Assembly: GCA_943704425.1 (NCBI GenBank)
Contig: CALSCP010000348.1
Location: forward strand, 1 to 62,821
DNA length: 62,821 nucleotides
Reading direction: 5' to 3'
Origin: Ministeria vibrans ATCC 50519
Lineage: Eukaryota > Protista > Filasterea
This document shows, in pieces, positions 36,450 through 53,607 of the stretch (position 1 is the stretch's first letter; every line of letters starts with the position of its first letter). The notes beneath the pieces were generated by a model. It did not search any database. It was not told where the DNA came from and saw only the letters and a program-made list of their open reading frames with translations. A program made the translations under genes and the position numbers.

Positions 36450-37240
36450 ACTTTTTTTGTTTTGCGGCTCCTGAAACAAGAAGACACAGTTGGTCGTTGC
36501 GAAGCACGGGCATGGCGCAATGCAGTGGAAGAATGACGTGGTTTGCGGCAGCGATCAAGCAGACGTGCGGGCGCGTGCGGGAATGCGCGAAATGCGTCGG
36601 CGTCATCAAATGACATTTTTCGATACGGGCACCAAAGGGACAGCCTTCCTTCCAGCCTGGTCTGGATGCNNNNNNNNNNNNNNNNNNNNNNNNNNNNNNN
36701 NNNNNNNNNNNNNNNNNNGGGGGGGGGGGATGCAGTGGAAGGGGAGAATTAATAAAACTGTGTGACTCAGTGACTGTGATCTACTTCCGTTTTGCTCAAA
36801 CTGATAAAGAGTAGACTGAATAAAATAATAATTATGACTGATAACAGAGTAAACACGCGCGTGTGCGCGTGTTCTTTTTTTCTCTCTCTCACACACATAC
36901 TGGCATTGGTCACTCAGTGATTGGTGGCATTACTGGCAATAAGTCTGGCATAGTGCATACATGTGATTGATATGAAACCTGAGAACTCAGAACTGAGACT
37001 CGACTTGACTGTTTTGTACCCTGTCTTCCCAAGTCATTTTATTCATCACTGAGCAAAAATGATGAGCGAGTATAATGATCGACTTTTGACGTAGTCTTCA
37101 GATGGACTTGCAGAACTACACTCGTCAGGCGTACGTCAATGAGTAGGGTCAACTCAATCTCATTTTGTATGTTGAAACAAGTCCCAACTTGGTTTTTTTT
37201 TGTATTTTTGCTTTGTCCTTTGTGAAGCATGCGAGCGGGC

Positions 37241-39375
<2,135 letters not shown>

Positions 39376-39694
39376 ACTGAGAGTCGACAAAATATAATTG
39401 ATTGTAATTTTTAATTTATTTTTAATTTATTTTTAATTTTTAGAAGAAGAAGAAGTCAAGACACAGGTCAAGAAGACATTTCCAATTTATTATCAATCAC
39501 AAACGAAAAGCGACAACACAAACAGCTCAGAAGTGTCAGAACCACTTTCTAAGCTACAGAAGCGTCGTCTGCGCCGAGAGGAAACAGAGACAGGTAATTT
39601 TTAGAATAATAATAATTTACATTCTGGGTTTCTTTCACTCGTTGTCCAGTCCGCACAGGAAAGGGCCAGAATCCCGATTGTCACAAACTAAGTA

Positions 39695-40945
39695 CTAACG
39701 TACACAACATAAAGATGGAGAGACACTCCAATCGTACTCATACGCTGGCATTGCCATCGTCTCCGCTTCACAAAGTGTCAGACCGGCACTGTCACGTCCA
39801 AACAACATTCGCATCATACTTGCATCCTGTGTGCGATGGCAATGCAATGTCAAACTCGTTGAGCCTACCACCACGTCCTGTGTATACCTGTTTATGCGTC
39901 ACAAGATAGTCGTTGCGACAGCCGCGCGAGCGCCATTCGGTGTCGAACCTCACGTCGTGCCGTCGCTCCACCTGCAACGGCGCCATCCACACCCCAACCG
40001 AGACATCCTCGGCTGCGTAGCGCTGCAACGAGTCGCGCTCTCGTCCCACATACTCCACAATGTCCCCGCTGAGGACGTACCCGCCACCCTGTGGGTACGG
40101 GATGTATCTGGGGGGATAAACGGTAGTACAGTGTGCAGGTGAGTGCGCTGTACGTTGTTTTTGTTTCTGCATCTTCTTTCACCTGTCGCAAAGGTACCAC
40201 TCTTTTTCTTGCCATTTGCCCTCGCGTCGCTTCACTTGAGCGTCGCCTCGAAAGTACGCCCACGCAAACCATTTTCTTGGCTAGAAAACAAAAGGACGCG
40301 AGTGAGTGCCGTGTTGCTCCAGAGCACCCGCTTGCCTGTTGCCGAAGTTCACGGATCACACGCGGGAGCCGTACATACGTGTCCACGTCTGCCTTGAGCA
40401 CATATGCGGTGTCGTACACCTCGCTGATCCACGCAAAGGCCCCCACCAGCTGCGTGGAGGCAGCGCAGTCAGCAGACGCTCCGCAAAACCATTCCAATAA
40501 TACAGAACACGTCTTGTCCCATTCATTCGGCGGTACCTTCTCCGCAAGGGACCGATAGTCATCAGAGTGTTCATAGGGCAGTCTGAGCAGAACCAAATCG
40601 CCAAACTCATCCTGTTCAGCGCGCACTTTTGCCAGACCCTGCACAAACACGAGACGAGCGCGTTCTGATTCTGTCTCCGTTCTCTTTCCTTACCACTTTG
40701 TCGCTGGGTTCTGCTACAAAGAATCGACAGTGCACATCGTCGGGGCGTCTCCAGGACCACCAAGTGGCGCGCAGGACGTGGCGCTCCTCGGTCTGCTCTG
40801 CACTCGACAGGACGGCAACGACCAGGAAGGCTGGCAGCCGCACAGGCTCGCGCGCGCTGTCCCAGAGGCGTGCGACGGGCCACGTGACAGCTGCCGTAAT
40901 GCATACCGCCAGAACCACCTGTAAACTAGGTCCTCCGCGGCGCAT
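39695..40945 (-). CDS. B3GALT6: Beta-1,3-galactosyltransferase 6 (GT31, GAG linker GalT-II); multi-exon
   Basis: Type II anchor, RHVLRATW, VLKADVD, YYWGF-like segment, PYPQGGGYVLS, EDVSVGVW, HDVRFDTEWRSRGCRNDYLVTHKQ, YEYDWSVSPSLCC. Confidence 0.88.
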
Positions 40946-41000
40946 GTCACTCAAAACTGTGAATTGTGAAGTTAAAAATTATTAGTCACTTTTATTTACC

Positions 41001-44000
41001 ATGGCTAACCTTCGCGGCTCTGTAAGACTGCACCACTTGTTTAAGTACCACGACGGCCGACACTAACTGTTCGTGTGTAGCGCAAGCGCAAAGCGTCCGC
41101 GGTGGTCGACGACGACGACATTTTGTCGACGGCCAAAACGCCGTCTGAGAGTGGCGAGGATGTGTACGAGGGCATTGCCCCCTTCCTCGTCAAGGTGTAC
41201 GTCGTGGTCGAAGATGCCGCATGCGACGACATCATCTCGTGGGCGGCGAGCGGAAAGGTACGCGGCGGAGGGGGTGAAACCCAGGAGGGTTGACGTGAAG
41301 GGTCTTTCGCCGTTTTGCGCCTAACACTGCGCTCCTCCCGTAGAGTTTCATCGTACACGACCCGGAGCGGTTTGCCCGTGAAATTCTTCCACAGTTCTCC
41401 AAGAGTAAAAGCTTCTCAAGCTTTGTTCGACAGCTCAACATGTACAATTTCCGAAAGGTGAGAAACGACGAGAGGACAACTTCATCGTAACACTTGACTG
41501 CGCCACCCGGCTTGCGCCTCGCCGCTGCAGGTGATTCCTCCCAAGTCCGGCATCGATGTGCACACGACCGAATGGGAGTTTACATCGCCGCACTTCCGTC
41601 GTGGGCACTTGGAGATGCTCCGGGGCGTCAAGCGCAAGGGCGCTGCCACAGGCGCCGCGGGCACGGCCGGCGCCAGCACGGGCACGACCAGCGCACGTCA
41701 GCTCTGCAGCGAACTCGAGTCAGTCAAGGCAAAGCAGGCGGCGCTGCAGTCGCGGTTTGAGTCGCTCGAGACAGACAACAGAGTTCGACACGATACAAAA
41801 AAAAAAAAAAAAAAAAAAAAAAANNNNNNNNNNCGCCACTACACGACCCTTGTGCCATTGCGTATGTCATTGCGCCCGAACTGTTCTTTTTTTGCACAGC
41901 ACTTCTGAGCTTGTTTGTTGCGTGTGCTGCATTGCCGTGGTAGGTCATGCCGGATCATACGCACATGGCACTAAGACGGACGACGGCAGCTTTGACGGGG
42001 TGATCCACATGCCTGACGCGGTCACTGGTGAGGACGATGCGATTTTTGTCGAGCCGCGCAGCCGTTATGCGAGCGAGCTCAACTTGCCGGCGGACTCGAC
42101 GGCGCCCTCGTCGGTCGTCTTCCGTGCCAGCAGCATCAACCAGATTGGCGCCGGTGCCGTTCTCGATGCCATTGTGGGGCCGCCACGACAGCAGCAGCGT
42201 CGCGACGCAGACGCCGGCAGCGATGACGTCGAGAACGTCTTGTCGCGCGCACGCCGTGCCTATCCCACCAACAAGGTGTGCGGCATGGCGCTTGTGGCCG
42301 ACTGGACGTACATCTTGCGCTTTGGCGGCATCGAGGAGGCCTTCAACGAGATGGTCTACGTTGTCAACGAGGCAAACCTCATCTACCAGGGCACGACCTT
42401 TGCCAACGCCGTGACTGGCGTCAGCCTGAACATTGTGGGGCCTGTCGACTTCTTCCCGGACTCGTCGACGTCGCCGTGGGCGAGTGCGTCGGCGTCGAGC
42501 GACTACCTTCCAATCCTGCAGACGTACGGCGCATCCAATGGCTATAGTGGCGTGTGCCTGGGCCATCTGTTTGTCCACGCCAACATGGCTCCTTCCTTTG
42601 ACGTACGAAACCCATTTACACGAACGCTCCTGTGGGTCGTACACGCAATAATAATAGTTATTAATAATAATTGTTTTACGTGAATGCTTTAGGTGGGTCT
42701 TTCCAACCTTGCCGTCTCGGGATTCAGTGGGGGCATTTGCGACGACGGGGCAAACGGAAAGATCTTCAACGTCGGCTGGACCACCTCCAACTTCTTTGAC
42801 GGAACCTTCTCGCGCATCCGGACCGTGATCAACTTTGCGCACGAAGTCGGACACAGCTTTGGCGCGGTCAACGACAACGAAGGCGATAACGCAAACGTTG
42901 CCGCATGCAACCCGTCGGACGCCAACGGCGGACTCTACATTATGACGGACACCATTCAGTCGGGATCGCTCGACAACAACGACGCCTTCTCGTCGTGTTC
43001 CATCACCGACATGTCTGCGATCATGACGAGCGCTGGATCATGTTTCACCGACGCCATTTCCTCCGCTGTGTGCGACTCGAATCCGTGCGCGAACGGCGGC
43101 ACCTGCCACAAGTTCAACTCGGGCTTTTACTGCCAGTGCGCCACTGGCTTCCGTGGAACCACGTGCGGCACAGCAGTGGGCGCGACCACTTGCGCCTCCG
43201 ACCCGTGCGCAAACGGCGGTACCTGCATTGAGTCGGCTGCACTCGACTCGTACGTGTGCTACTGTCCGTCGGGCGTCGTGGGCGATGCGTGCGAGACGGT
43301 CGTCGACGAATGTGTCTCGTCGCCGTGCCAGAACGGTGGCACTTGCACAGACGGCAGCCTTTTGTTCACATGCGCTTGTGATCCAGGTTACACTGGCACC
43401 ACATGCGAGACGGACATTGACGAGTGTGGCGGAATCAAAGGCGTGTCGCAGGATGCAGTTCCACTGGCGACCGTTGGCTCATGGTTCCAGCGTGGTGGAT
43501 CGGCCGGCATCATCACCATTTCGGGTGACACAGCCACCGTCACAACGGGACCCTCGGGGTCGTTCACATACGCGACGGCAATTTGGACGCAGTTGGCGAG
43601 TGCTTCGGGCGTGTGGAAGTGGGAAGTGACTGTTGTCAACGCGGCATCGGCGACTCTCTACGAGATGTTCATTGGCATCGTCGACTCGTCCGCACTGACC
43701 ACGACGGGCACCAACTACATTTTGGGCGGCGTGCAACCCTCGTATGGCTACGCGCCCAATGGCGAATTTTTTGCCTCTGATGGCAACACGGAAACTGTCG
43801 TAGCGTACGGTTCAAGTTACACCACAGGTGACGTGATTGGTGTGTCGCTTGACGTTACCTCAAACACTCTTGAGTTCCTCCTCAATGGCGCGAGTCAGGG
43901 AACCAAGTCGATTGTCGCAGCCAGCGGCGACGGCTACGTGCTGGGCGTGTCGATGGGAGTTGTCGCGCAGCAGGTGAAGGTCACCGACCTGGATTACTGT

Positions 44001-45604
44001 CTCAACGGCGCAACCTGCGTCGACGATGTCAACGGTGTGACATGCGTGTGTCCATCAGGCTACACTGGCAGTCGCTGTGACTCGGACATCGACGAGTGCT
44101 CTGAGGGCACGCCCTGTCAGAACGGCGGTACGTGCACCAACTCTGCTGGTTCGTTCTCGTGCGCGTGTCCTTCGGGCTTTGAGGGCGACACGTGCGATCC
44201 CGCCAATGTGGGAATGACGCGATGCCGCGTTAAGCTGTTCTGCGAGAGTGGCACGCCCACGATTACGACGCAGAATCACGAGGACAGCGACAACGCCATC
44301 ACGGTGGGTGGCTCGTCGTCGGCGTTGTTCACGAGTACGCCCATTGGTACGAGCCTGACATTGGTTGATCTTGATGCGTTTGGCATCAACCATTCGCTCG
44401 GCTCGAGCGACTTTACTCTGACGCTCCTGATCGACGGAAATGCAGTGATGGATATTCGCGAGACGCGCACGTCGACCACGTCGAGCTGTCAATTCCAGGT
44501 CGCTGGTGGCGGTGGCGCCGTGACCACTGGTCAAACGCTCGGCTCCTGCACCGTGACACGTCTTACTTCCATCTTGACGTAAAGAAGTGAACAAGATCAT
44601 TACCACATTCATTTGATTCATTTGACATAATATTTGGTTGTAACTTTGTACCATTATTATTCGTATCATGCCATATACCTATCCTACCAACGAGCCACCT
44701 AAGACCTAAGTGACCGTGGTGACTAGTGACGGACACTAATCATTGACAGAATTGTCTGCGTCAGTGGTTGAGCCGAAGTTGAGTCCGATACCAGGTCTCA
44801 CTGCAGTCCGCTTCCCGATTCTTTCTGCAACGTCCCTCTGCCTCAGGGCCCAGGGGAGTCTCGGCGACCCCTCATACGGCACGTCTGTGCGACTGCTTCT
44901 TCGCTGCTTCTTCTCTCAGTGACCCCCCCAGAGTGTTCCTGCCCAGTTTTGTGTGGGTGCATCCTGACTCCACTGCCGCTGACCGCTGGGGAGTTGTTCC
45001 CCCCACTTCCCTGTGCGGCCGTGTGCTTGTCCCGATGATCTGGCTATTCTGGTGCGTTTCTGGGTTTTGATATGTGCCGTTCTCCAAAGCGTGAGAGAGG
45101 TGTGAGACCCCTGTCAAATAATTATAATAATTATATTTATTTTGTAGTTGTCTGATAAACGAGAATTTTTCTTCCGTCTGGTTTTTTCTCCATGCTCGTG
45201 TTCGCTGTTCTTGCTACCGTCCTAAGCGTGGTGAGTGCGACGCACCAACGCCATCCGTCGTCCTTCACGATGAGTGATTATGAGTTGACAACAGCCAATC
45301 TCGTTGCGACGGCCGAGCATCGTCGCCGCTCGACCAGCCACATCTACGACCTGTCTCTTGATGTGTTTGGCACGTAGGCAGAATGATACTTTGGCATCAA
45401 TTTGTGTCACATTGTTTTTTTTTTGGTGTTCGTTTTTTTTTTCACACTGTTCTCAGTACCATTGAGCTTCTCCTCGAAGCGGACGCCAATATCCCAAGCG
45501 GACTGCGTCTCCGAGTCCACGACGCATCTGGTGCGCGCGAAGAGACCGTGGGCGCGAACAAGTATCTCGTTGGCCGTGTGAAAGGTTTTGCAACGAGAAA
45601 AAAA

Positions 45605-45635
<31 letters not shown>

Positions 45636-46342
45636 CACACAACTCGCACTTACTCTTCTTTTTATTTTTGATCTCAATCCTTGTGCAGCTGGTGCAATCG
45701 TCGATTTTTGACCTGCGCGACCGCTACGAGAACCAACAGAACACGATCAACAGGATCATGCAGTTCCTGGCGCAGATGGTGACGCAAGGACGCGCGCGCG
45801 TCAGCGGGAGCGGCGGCAAGCGCTCCACCATGCTCGATGGCGGCAGTGTGTCCGCAGACCCCTCGCCCGCCGTGCCTGTGGTAACCAGCCCAGGCAGCAC
45901 TCCAACCACGACGACCTTACCCGCCAAGGCAACCATCACCCCACTCGACGACGACGGCGCCCCCACCACCTCTGCCCTTCCCATCGACTCCTCCTCATGG
46001 GCCGTCGTCCAAGCCCACCCCCTGTCGCTCCTTCCCGCCGCTGCCGCCGCTGCTCCTGTCACGACCGCCCCGACCACCACCACCACTACCACGACGACTG
46101 TTGACGACCTCCCGGTTGCAGCCTTGGTCGACGATACCCACCAGCTCCGCGAGCAGATGGATCTCATCCAGAACGACTTGTACAATATCGAGCAGAACCT
46201 CGAATCTGTCGACGACTTTGAGTACGCCATCTCTCTGCACTTTATAGCAGCAGCCTCACAAAAACTCCTCTCACATGCTGTCTCGTCTCTTCTTTACAGC
46301 CTTGATGAGGATGACTTCCTCAACCTCTCTACTCCCCTTTGA
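41001..46342 (+). CDS. HSF1: Heat shock transcription factor; intron 41783-45688 holds the permuted ADAM-like gene
   Basis: DNA-binding domain [50 protein letters not shown]; the HR-A/B heptads are split ESLETDNR | [27 protein letters not shown] across a phase-0 GT-AG intron. Confidence 0.9.
41944..44582 (+). CDS. Exons 3-4 of a secreted ADAM10/17-like metzincin with EGF repeats and a SPRY-like domain
   Basis: Prodomain [19 protein letters not shown] cleavage site, [26 protein letters not shown], Met-turn [14 protein letters not shown], 5 EGF-like repeats, SPRY-like ([32 protein letters not shown]). No TM helix. Confidence 0.85.
44743..45117. mobile_element. Possible solo-LTR or MITE-like segment
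   Basis: Terminal inverted TTGACAG...CTGTCAA (with TG..CA inside), non-coding, C/T-skewed unlike the AT-rich spacers. No target-site duplication seen. Confidence 0.25.
45192..45584 (+). CDS. Exons 1-2 (signal peptide and N-terminal prodomain) of the same ADAM-like gene
   Basis: [16 protein letters not shown] signal peptide; [16 protein letters not shown]...KYLVGRVK(G); the phase-1 donor at 45585 matches the phase-1 acceptor at 41943. Confidence 0.8.
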
Positions 46343-46430
46343 GCCATTTGCTTCTCTTGATTCTTCTTCTTCCTCAATACACCTTGTTTACTTACTTTAC
46401 ACCCTGCTTCTCCACCCCTTCACGTCCTCT

Positions 46431-47243
46431 TCACGTCCTCTTCGCCTCTACGGCCTCTCGAATGACACGCACCAGCAACTGGTGCTCTTCCCTGTGCATC
46501 CGTTCCTCGAGTGTCTCAAGCGTGTCCGTCTCCTCAATCCCCACACGCGTCACCCCAAGCACCTCCCCTCGATCGAGCACCGCTGTCGCCCTAGAAAGAC
46601 AAGACATGAGTTGTCTGAAATTTTACTCGGTGGGCTCACCTGTGCACCATGAGTCCCGTCTCGGCGATCTCACCGCGCTGGTACGCCTCGAAGGCCCTCG
46701 CTACAGGATGTGCGTTAGCAAAGTCTTTCCGCCCCCCCGTTTCTTTGCTCACCGATGGCATTGGCGCCGTCAAAGGCACCCGGAAGCGCCGGATGCAAGT
46801 TGATGATGCGCCCGTCAAACCGACTCACAAACGCCTCCGACAAAATGTGCATCCAACCCGCAAGAACAATCATGTCCGGCGCATACCCCTCAATCATCTC
46901 GGCCAGATCACGATCAAAGTCGTCGCGCGAGCCTCCCGCATCACGAACCGCTGACAATAGGATATCAATCCACACAGACACACACACAAGTCATCCAATC
47001 CAACCTTTCAGCGACCGGTACACCGTCTCAATCGACGCCTTTTCTGCTCGAACAAGCCCATACGCTGCCTTTCTATTGGACACCTGGATCAAATGCACAC
47101 GGTGCGGCGTGTGAGGGTCGCAGTGAGCAAAGCAGATTTACCACCGCCACAATTTTGGCCTTCACGTCTCCCGACTCAATCGCATCAATAATCGCCTGCA
47201 AATTAGTCCCGTTGCCACTGATCAACACAACAATCCGGAACAT
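46431..47243 (-). CDS. ADE8: Stand-alone phosphoribosylglycinamide formyltransferase (PurN/Ade8); multi-exon
   Basis: RIVVLISGNGTNLQAIID, SNRKAAYGL.RA, IVLAGWMHILS, INLHPALPGAFDG, TGLMVH, LDRG, EH. Confidence 0.95.
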
Positions 47244-47449
47244 CTCAAAAAAAAAAAAAAAAAAAAAAAACAGAAAATTGAATAGTCAATAGAAATTAGA
47301 AGAAATAGAGAATCAATACTTCCGACGTAGACTCCAAGACGAGAATGTTCCGAAAGAAGAGAAAATTGAATAATAATAATAATTAATAATTCACCCTTTT
47401 GGATGATTAGTGCATTCTGCATATGATCAAAAAAAACGTGCATCTCGCA

Positions 47450-52224
<4,775 letters not shown>

Positions 52225-52472
52225 GACTGTTGAATTTGAATCTTAGATTGATGAGAAAATTATTAAATGAGTTGAGAGTTGAGAGACGCTGAATTTCACG
52301 GCCAACTGACTTGCAGGGAAGCATCGCGAGCAGAGTTTGAATGTTGCGTTTACACCCCACAAGCCACGAGTCATTCGTCACGACCACTCGCGCACTGTAC
52401 AGTGACGACTCATGTCTGATGAATTGATAGAACAGTTTACTAATGTTGATGATGATACAGTTTGATGCTCAC

Positions 52473-53254
52473 TCAGTGGCAGAAAAACGCCTTGGAATTG
52501 TCTTCACCACCGCCACGGAACAAGAGAAAGCCCACAAAGGTACCCAAGCAAATCGCAAGCACAAGACCTCCGTTGTAGGTCATGAACGCCAACACTGCAA
52601 AGAGAGAGGAGAGGAGTGGCAGTCAGCGCAGTGCAAGCGGTCACGTCCCGTACTGATGAGGTACGCCCAGAAGAACCGCAGTGTGTGGAGAAGCGCGCGT
52701 ATCAACTGCTGCTTCTTGGTGTACACGAGCCACTTGTAGGGGCGTCGCGTCGGATGGCCCATATCAGCACCCTGCAGCAGTCTAAGGAGACAGAGCGGGC
52801 GGTGGGTGAGTTCACACACACACACACGCACACATTCCACTCAATAACAATGCAGCACACTCGCCAGACACAACGGAACACTATCAGCAGCATGGCCGTG
52901 TGCGGTCGCAACCAAACGCTGCGACGCCGCGTGCGTCTCAAACGCAACGACGACCGTTTTTGACCCGATGACGGATGACGGAGTTTTTAAGCTAAACGCA
53001 CCTTTCCTCCTCAGCGCTTACACGACGTTGCGAAAACGATTGGTCCACGCGCGAGATGATGACCACAAGCAACTCATAGGTCATGGCCATGATGGCAACG
53101 GCAATGCAACTCCAGGCGTACTCTACAGGGTATGAGTGAGCGGAGGCAAGTGCGAGGATTGCACTGGACACGCACCGGTGGTGTTGCTGGGCGCCCACGA
53201 CTTGAACAGAATGGTCACATCTGTGCCCCAGTAGAAGTACATTTGCATCATCAT
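52473..53254 (-). CDS. Ctr/SLC31 copper transporter; multi-exon
   Basis: MMMQMYFYWG..ILFKSW, MTYELL, ALLHTL..AYL, MxxxM motif MLAFMTYN, GxxxG, C-terminal CH. Confidence 0.9.
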
Positions 53255-53513
53255 GGTGGAAAGGTCAAAATTAACTGAAGTCTGAAGACTGAAATGAAAA
53301 AATTAATGTTAAATGAGTTATTGACTTTGAGTATTGAGTAAATGTCTACTCACTAAATGACTCAAATGAGATATGAGAAATCTCAGAATAACTATAAATT
53401 ATTAATAATAATAATTATTATAAATAATATGACTTACGTCTGAAATAATTGAAAAATCATTCTCTCGGGGTGGTGCCGCACACAATGGTCAATGATGCAT
53501 CATGTTGTCAGGT

Positions 53514-53547
<34 letters not shown>

Positions 53548-53607
53548 ATACCACACACAATCACTTTACAATGAAATCCATTATGAGGAATTTTTTTCTT
53601 CACTTTG

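Noticed and set aside
41556-42683. 375-aa ORF that looks like an HSF-metalloprotease fusion
   Set aside because: It reads through intron, poly(A) and Ns, its 5' part is not the HSF frame, and the splice phases are incompatible.
45383-46342. 319-aa ORF joining the ADAM prodomain to the HSF C-terminus via poly-Lys
   Set aside because: It passes through clear intron sequence; the frame depends on an unreliable homopolymer length.
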